DNA of 64,000 nt from Candidatus Levyibacteriota bacterium. GTDB taxonomy: Bacteria; Patescibacteriota; Microgenomatia; Levybacterales; UBA12049. A program made the translations under genes and the position numbers. Below the pieces are notes generated by a model, which was given only the letters and a program-made list of their open reading frames with translations, was not told the DNA's origin and searched no databases. This document shows, in pieces, positions 58,761 through 64,000 of this stretch (its first letter is position 1; every line of letters begins with the position of its first letter). The stretch covers positions 245,549 to 309,548 of the forward strand of contig CAVRKE010000001.1 in assembly GCA_963722305.1 (NCBI GenBank), read 5' to 3'.

Positions 58761-59330
58761 ATGACAAGGGACGAAGCATACCAAATCCTGACCGGTTTGG
58801 TTAAAAATAAAAACCTGCTTAAGCATCACTTGGCGTGTGAGGCGGCGATGAAAGCCATCTATAAAAAAATCTCGCCAAAACCAACTCCGGAGGAAGAAAC
58901 AGCCTGGGGACTGGTCGGATTGTTACACGATGCGGATTACGAACTATGCAAAAATCATCCGGAAAAACATACCTTGGTTTTGGAGGAAAAAATCGGTTAC
59001 AAACTGGACCCGAAACTAATGTACGCTATTAAATCCCACAACTGGGCGAATAACGGTTTTGAACCAAAAAGCTATTTGGACTGGGCGATTTATTGTTGCG
59101 ACGAATTAACCGGTTTGATTGTGGCGGCGGCGCTGGTTCATCCGGAAAAGAAACTGGCACCACTTACGGTTGAGTTTGTGATGAACAGGTTTAATTCTCC
59201 ATCCTTTGCCAAAGGCGCAAATCGAGCGCAGATTATGCTCTGCGAAAAGGAACTGAGAATTCCGCTAAATGAATTTGTCGGCCTGGTGCTTAACTCGATG
59301 CAAGAAATTGCCCAAAGCCTAGAACTGTAA
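58761..59330 (+). CDS. HD-domain phosphohydrolase
   Basis: H...LVGLLHDADYE HD motif. Confidence 0.75.
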   Translation: MTRDEAYQILTGLVKNKNLLKHHLACEAAMKAIYKKISPKPTPEEETAWGLVGLLHDADYELCKNHPEKHTLVLEEKIGYKLDPKLMYAIKSHNWANNGFEPKSYLDWAIYCCDELTGLIVAAALVHPEKKLAPLTVEFVMNRFNSPSFAKGANRAQIMLCEKELRIPLNEFVGLVLNSMQEIAQSLEL

Positions 59331-59380
59331 ATTGACCATTGACACTACTATAAAACTTAAACTATTCTTTTTATAGGACC

Positions 59381-59605
59381 ATGGAAAGATACGACGAGAC
59401 TAAAGAATCAAGGGCAAAAATTTTCATCAACAATTTTCTTGGCGGAATTGCCTGGGCGTGGGGCGCAATGGTCGGAGTAGCTTTTGTTGTCGCTATTCTG
59501 ACGCTAGTTGTTAAAAACATTAATTTTATTCCGTTTTTCGGTAATTTTGTCGCAGGAGTTATCCAGTTTATCATCCAAAAAAATCCGAATTTATTCGGGA
59601 GATGA
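59381..59605 (+). CDS. small membrane protein
   Basis: 74 aa, two TM helices. Confidence 0.4.
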   Translation: MERYDETKESRAKIFINNFLGGIAWAWGAMVGVAFVVAILTLVVKNINFIPFFGNFVAGVIQFIIQKNPNLFGR

Positions 59606-59636
59606 AATTAAAGCTTGTACCTGATAAAATAACCTC

Positions 59637-61023
59637 ATGGATAAAAATTTAAAAGACCACAAACAATTAGGGCAAGAACTGGAGTTATTTTTTTCTCATG
59701 ATTATGCCCCCGGGACGCCCTTTTGGCTGCCAAAGGGCATGGTAATTTTTAAGGAGCTGGAGAAATATATCCGCGAACTAACCGAAAAAGCCGGCTACGT
59801 TGAAACTTCAACTCCGATAATGGTCAGGTCGCAATTGTTTAAAGAATCCGGGCACTGGGTTAAGTTCGGAGAGCATAACATGTACAATTTACAACTTTGG
59901 GAGGAAGAAGAAGTATTCGATCTTGCGGAAATAATGAAAAAAGAAGAACCCAAGATAATAGATGAAATCAAAAAAAGACCAGAACCAAAATTTCCATTTA
60001 ACTACATAATTGAATATCAAAATCAAAGAACAGAAATTCCCATTTTGAGTTATGAAGAAACAAAAGGCATACAGTTTATGCTACCTGTTAATTACACTTT
60101 AAAGCCGATGAATTGCCCGGAGTCAACCATTCTTTACCGCTTTAGACCCAGAACCTATAAGGAATTACCGCTAAGACTGGCGGAAATCGGCAGGTTACAC
60201 CGCAGGGAAAAATCTGGGGAAGTGAATGGGTTGTTAAGAGTTAGGCAATTAACGATGGATGATGCCCATATTTACGCCCGCGAGAGTCAGATTTTCGACG
60301 AGGTTTCCAACATTTTAGATATGATGGTGACTTTTTATAAAAATTTTCAGTTTGAATATGAATTTAGATTTGCCACCAGACCGGAAACCAGAGCCGGGAC
60401 CGATGAAAATGTGGGACAAAGCCGAAAAAGACTTGGAAGAAGTATTAAAGAAAAAAGGCATCAAAGCCGGCGACAAAAAAGGCGACGGCGCATTTTACGG
60501 CCCAAAAATCGACCTGCACATTAAAGATGCCCTGGGGCGGGAATGGCAGCTGGCCACCGTTCAACTGGATTTTCATATGCCTACTGCTTTTGATCTAAAA
60601 TACGTTAACGAAAAAGGCGAGTTTGAAAAACCGGTCATGATTCACCGGGCAATTTTTGGCAGCTTTGAAAGGTTTATCGCTATTTTAACCGAGCATTTTC
60701 AGGGCGCTTTTCCATTATGGCTGTCGCCGGTACAGATTGCGCTTTTGCCCATAACTGACAAGCAGAATGCATATACAAATGAAGTGGCGGAGAAATTAAG
60801 AGCGGATGGCCTTCGAGTTGAGGTGGATTCCCGTAACGAAAGACTGCAAGCCAAAATTAGAGACGCCACTTTACAAAAAGTCCCATATTTAGGTATAATA
60901 GGCAAACAGGAAGTGGAGTCCAAATCCATTTCTTTAAGGTTAAGAGACGGGAAAGATTTAGGCAAAGCAACAATCGAAAATCTAACCCAAAGGTTAAAAC
61001 AAGAAATTGATAAAAAGATATAA
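59637..61023 (+). CDS. thrS: threonyl-tRNA synthetase, catalytic core plus anticodon-binding domain only, with an apparent frameshift at an A-run near 60405-60410 (ORFs 59637..60524 and 60352..61023)
   Basis: Class II motifs: FWLPKG, RLAEIGRLHRRE, ATRPE then MWDKAEKDLEE in the other frame, GAFYGPKIDLHIKDALGREWQLATVQLDF, HRAIFGSFERFIAIL. Confidence 0.9.
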
Positions 61024-61642
61024 ACGACACGAGAATACCAGAAGGTTTTACAGAGTTAATGAACGTATCTATGCTCCGACTCTTCGCGTATTAGGAAGCG
61101 ACGGAAAGCAGATAGGCATACTGGCAAAGTTCGAGGCTCTGGACAAAGCCAGAAGTCAAGAACTTGATTTAGTAGAAATAGCGCCGATGGCCAAACCGCC
61201 GGTCGCAAAAATAATTGACTTCAAGAAATTCTTGTATCAGGAAGAAAAGAAAAAACGCGAAGAGAAGAAAAAGGCGAAAACAACCGAGACGAAAGAAATC
61301 AGACTCGGGCCTTTTATGAGCGATAACGACCTGGGGGTTATGATAAGAAGGGCCAAAGAGTTTTTGGAAGCAGGAGACAAAGTCAGGTTGGTAGTTTCAT
61401 TTTCGGGCAGGCAAATCACTCATCCCGAATTTGGACACCGGATTTTGGATAAAGTCTTGGAAAGCTTATCCGAAATTTCTAAACTAGACAGGGAAAGACA
61501 TTTGGAAGGGAAGAAATTAATCGCTTTAATTTCGCCCGACAAGCATCGTCCTGAGCATACAGTCGAAGGAAAAGGCGCCGCAACAACAAACGGCGAAGAA
61601 ATACAAAATGGCAAAGAAGAAAATCAAGAAATCAATCGCTAA
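61007..61642 (+). CDS. infC: translation initiation factor IF-3; true start likely internal or non-canonical
   Basis: RVLGSDGKQIGILAKFEALDKARSQELDLVEIAPMAKPPVAKIIDFKKFLY aligns with IF3 N and C domains. Confidence 0.85.
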   Translation: MIKRYKRHENTRRFYRVNERIYAPTLRVLGSDGKQIGILAKFEALDKARSQELDLVEIAPMAKPPVAKIIDFKKFLYQEEKKKREEKKKAKTTETKEIRLGPFMSDNDLGVMIRRAKEFLEAGDKVRLVVSFSGRQITHPEFGHRILDKVLESLSEISKLDRERHLEGKKLIALISPDKHRPEHTVEGKGAATTNGEEIQNGKEENQEINR

Positions 61643-61805
61643 AAGATTTAAGGTTACCAGAACCGGTAAGGTTTTATTTAGTCATCAATACGGCAGTCAT
61701 AAAAAACTGACCAAATCAAGGGCCAGAGTAAGAAGACAAAAGGAAATCGGAATTTTGAAAGGAACATTCGCGAAAAAAATTAAGCAAGCACTGGGTAATC
61801 AATAA
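61608..61805 (+). CDS. rpmI: 50S ribosomal protein L35
   Basis: MAKKKIKKSIAKRFKVTRTGKV... Confidence 0.9.
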   Translation: MAKKKIKKSIAKRFKVTRTGKVLFSHQYGSHKKLTKSRARVRRQKEIGILKGTFAKKIKQALGNQ

Positions 61806-61940
61806 TGCGACAAAGAAATATTAATTTTAGGGAAACACGTTCGGAAAGGGCAGGCGAGAGTTCGTACAAAAACTTTCACCGAACAATTATCAAAAATTTA
61901 AAAATTCATTTAAAATATTCATTAGATAAAATTAAAAAAT

Positions 61941-62291
61941 ATGGCCAGAATTAAACGAGGAACCGTTTCAAGAAGAAAACATAATAAATTGGTAAGCCTG
62001 ACAAAAGGATACCGAGGAACAAAAAGTAGGCTGGTTAGAAAACAGCACGAGACGGTTTTGCATGCCGGCGCTTACGCTTATCATGGCAGAAAACTGAAAA
62101 AAAGAGACATCCGGTCTTTATGGATTACCCGGATTGCCGAAGCTGCCAAAAAAGAAGGGGTATCGTACAGCAAATTAATGGACCAACTTAAGAAAGCCAA
62201 TGTGGAACTTGACAGGAAGATTTTAAGCGAGTTGGTTTTAAATGATCCGGAAGCTTTTGCCCAGCTGATAAAAACCACTAAATCAAATTAA
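61941..62291 (+). CDS. rplT: 50S ribosomal protein L20
   Basis: MARIKRGTVSRRKHNKLVSLTKGYRG... Confidence 0.9.
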   Translation: MARIKRGTVSRRKHNKLVSLTKGYRGTKSRLVRKQHETVLHAGAYAYHGRKLKKRDIRSLWITRIAEAAKKEGVSYSKLMDQLKKANVELDRKILSELVLNDPEAFAQLIKTTKSN

Positions 62292-62328
62292 CCATTTCGG
62301 CTTCGCCTCAATCTGCTAAAATGTTGCT

Positions 62329-62784
62329 ATGACAATTATTCCATTTACCAAAATAGGTTATGAGAATTTAAAAAAAGAGTTGGAAAGTGAAATTGCCAAA
62401 CGACCCGCGGCAGTTGCAGTTTTAAAACGCGGGCGAGAAATGGGCGACCTTTCGGAAAACGGATTATACAAAGCGGCAAAGATGGAATTATCTGATATTG
62501 ACAGACAAATTCGGCATCTTCAGAATTTAGTTTTGTATGGAAAAGTTTTTGAACCGGCAAACAATAATACTGTTCAACTCGGGCACACTGTAACAGTTGA
62601 AACTGAAAGCGGAAAAAAAACTTTTCAGATTGTCGGCGAGTGGGAAGCAAATCCAAAGGAAAACAAAATTTCGCTCAAGTCTCCAATCGGACATAATCTA
62701 ATGGGACGAAAAGTCGGAGACAAAATATCAATACGAACACCAAATGGCCCCACTGAATATAGAATTATCAGTATTGCCAAGTAA
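62329..62784 (+). CDS. greA: transcription elongation factor GreA
   Basis: DLSENGLYKAAK and ISLKSPIGHNLMGRKVGD signatures. Confidence 0.85.
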   Translation: MTIIPFTKIGYENLKKELESEIAKRPAAVAVLKRGREMGDLSENGLYKAAKMELSDIDRQIRHLQNLVLYGKVFEPANNNTVQLGHTVTVETESGKKTFQIVGEWEANPKENKISLKSPIGHNLMGRKVGDKISIRTPNGPTEYRIISIAK

Positions 62785-62886
62785 TATTACCTATGTTATG
62801 ATCATTGACATGAAGAATTTGACAGCAGTTTATTATTACTTTACATCCTCCAATGCGGGGTAGGTTTTCGTGAAGTAAAAAGACCA

Positions 62887-62908
62887 CCCCGCCAAGGCGG
62901 GGTTTTTT
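62887..62908 (+). terminator. rho-independent terminator after greA
   Basis: CCCCGCC-AA-GGCGGGG plus a T6 run. Confidence 0.7.
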
Positions 62909-62931
62909 AGTGGTTAAAGGATGTGGTTTTT

Positions 62932-63129
62932 ATGACAATCGCAGAAAAATGTTTACAACAAAGAATTGGTAATTGTGCCGGCTGTCCCGTCTTAGGAATT
63001 GTTTTAGACAAAAGAGGACCAATGCCGATAGCAGAAGAACGAACTTTAATTTCAAAAATTAGCAGGGAGTTGTGTCCGAACGGAACAGTTATGCAAGTTC
63101 CCGCAAAACCGGAAAGACCTCTTATGTAA
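62932..63129 (+). CDS. small Cys-containing hypothetical protein between greA and pheS
   Basis: 65 aa with CAGCP and CPNG motifs; weak. Confidence 0.3.
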   Translation: MTIAEKCLQQRIGNCAGCPVLGIVLDKRGPMPIAEERTLISKISRELCPNGTVMQVPAKPERPLM

Positions 63130-63164
63130 TGAAAAAACATTGAGGTTATGCTATTCTTAAAGCT

Positions 63165-64000
63165 ATGGAAGAGGAATTAATCGGGATTAAAAATACGGCG
63201 TTATCTTTTATTCTGGAAGCGGAAGATTTGGAAAGCCTGGAAGAAACCAAACTGCAGTTTTTGGGCAGAAGCGGCAAGCTAACTTTGGCAATGAAGGAAA
63301 TTACCAAAGTGCCGGTGGAAAAACGGAAAGAATTTGGGTTGTTGGCGAACGAAGTTAAACAGACCATTGAAGATGCCTTGGAAAGTCAAAAGTCAAAATT
63401 GAAAACTCAAAAGCTTGGAAGAGTAATTGCCAAAATTGATGTCACCAATCCGGGCATTAGACCAAGCTTAGGGCATTTGCATTTGGTAACTCAGGCGATT
63501 GAAGAAATAACCGGCATTTTTGCCAAAATCGGTTTTGAAAGAGTGAGGTACCCGGAAGTAGAATGGGATTGGTATGCATTTGAAGCTTTGAATTTTCCGG
63601 AAAATCACCCGGCCAGAGATGACTGGGAAACTTTTTTTATTAAAGGCGAACCTGATCCCAAAAAAGGCCCGCTGGTTTTGACTCCCCATACTTCATCCGG
63701 TCAAATCCGAGAAATGGAGCGAAAACAAAAACCGCCAATTCGGATGTTAAATATCGCCAAGTGCTACAGAAGGCAATCGGATGTTTCGCACGTGCCGATG
63801 TTCCACCAGTTTGAAGGCTTGGTGGTTGATGAAAACATTTCGATTGTCCATTTAAAAGGAACTCTGGATTATTTTGTCAAATCATTTTTTGGAGAAAGCA
63901 GAAAATCGAGAATCAGACCCTACCATTTTCAGTTTACCGAACCGTCATTTGAAGTTGATGTCAGCTGCGGCGTTTGTGGAGGGCGCGGGTGCAAACTGTG
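63165..64000 (+). CDS. pheS: phenylalanyl-tRNA synthetase alpha subunit (3' end runs past the window)
   Basis: FPENHPARD, LTPHTSSGQIR, KCYRRQSDVSHVPMFHQFEG, FQFTEPSFEVDVSCGVCGGRGCKL; the ORF track missed it because it is truncated at the window end. Confidence 0.85.
   Translation, partial: MEEELIGIKNTALSFILEAEDLESLEETKLQFLGRSGKLTLAMKEITKVPVEKRKEFGLLANEVKQTIEDALESQKSKLKTQKLGRVIAKIDVTNPGIRPSLGHLHLVTQAIEEITGIFAKIGFERVRYPEVEWDWYAFEALNFPENHPARDDWETFFIKGEPDPKKGPLVLTPHTSSGQIREMERKQKPPIRMLNIAKCYRRQSDVSHVPMFHQFEGLVVDENISIVHLKGTLDYFVKSFFGESRKSRIRPYHFQFTEPSFEVDVSCGVCGGRGCKL

Noticed and set aside
63146-63689. Minus-strand ORFs 63146..63367 and 63468..63689
   Set aside because: Antisense to a clearly conserved pheS reading frame on the plus strand.

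Overview
This 64 kb window is low-GC and looks like a Candidate Phyla Radiation (Patescibacteria) genome. The evidence is compact core genes: a threonyl-tRNA synthetase with no N-terminal editing/TGS domains, a trigger factor with no PPIase domain, and extended -10 promoters (TGnTATAAT). Fifteen tRNA or tRNA-like loci are annotated, 13 of them apparently functional, and several carry attachment-site-like scars. Core blocks: thrS-infC-rpmI-rplT-greA-(small ORF)-pheS at the right end; ahcY with a PfkB kinase; msrB-msrA; tig; nadM, nadE and nadD; a D-Ala-D-Ala carboxypeptidase; SPFH, PspC and DNA alkylation repair proteins; and glycosyltransferases. Accessory content is dense: (1) from the window start to about 9.2 kb, a mobile-element-like module with a C5-cytosine methyltransferase plus putative restriction endonuclease, receiver-domain and XRE proteins, a striking four-unit 149-bp periodic repeat array next to a CG-alternating tract, a winged-helix protein, an RHH protein and a frameshifted large serine recombinase that ends on a degenerate antisense tRNA-His-like sequence; (2) a tRNA cluster in which a complete tRNA-Pro(UGG) sits inside the anticodon loop of a split tRNA-Ala(UGC)-like gene, followed by a duplicated tRNA 3' end; (3) a tRNA-Gln-associated islet carrying an IS110-family transposase gene interrupted by an IS3-family element, GH130 and GH125 mannoside enzymes, and an IS1/IS1595-like zinc-finger transposase; (4) an AbiEi/AbiEii module behind a consensus sigma70 promoter; (5) a tRNA-Val(GAC)-adjacent large serine integrase with a Fic protein and triple direct repeats. 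Several genes, including essential thrS, show apparent frameshifts at homopolymers. These may be sequencing artefacts or recoding, and that choice has to be settled before any are called pseudogenes. No CRISPR array or rRNA was seen.
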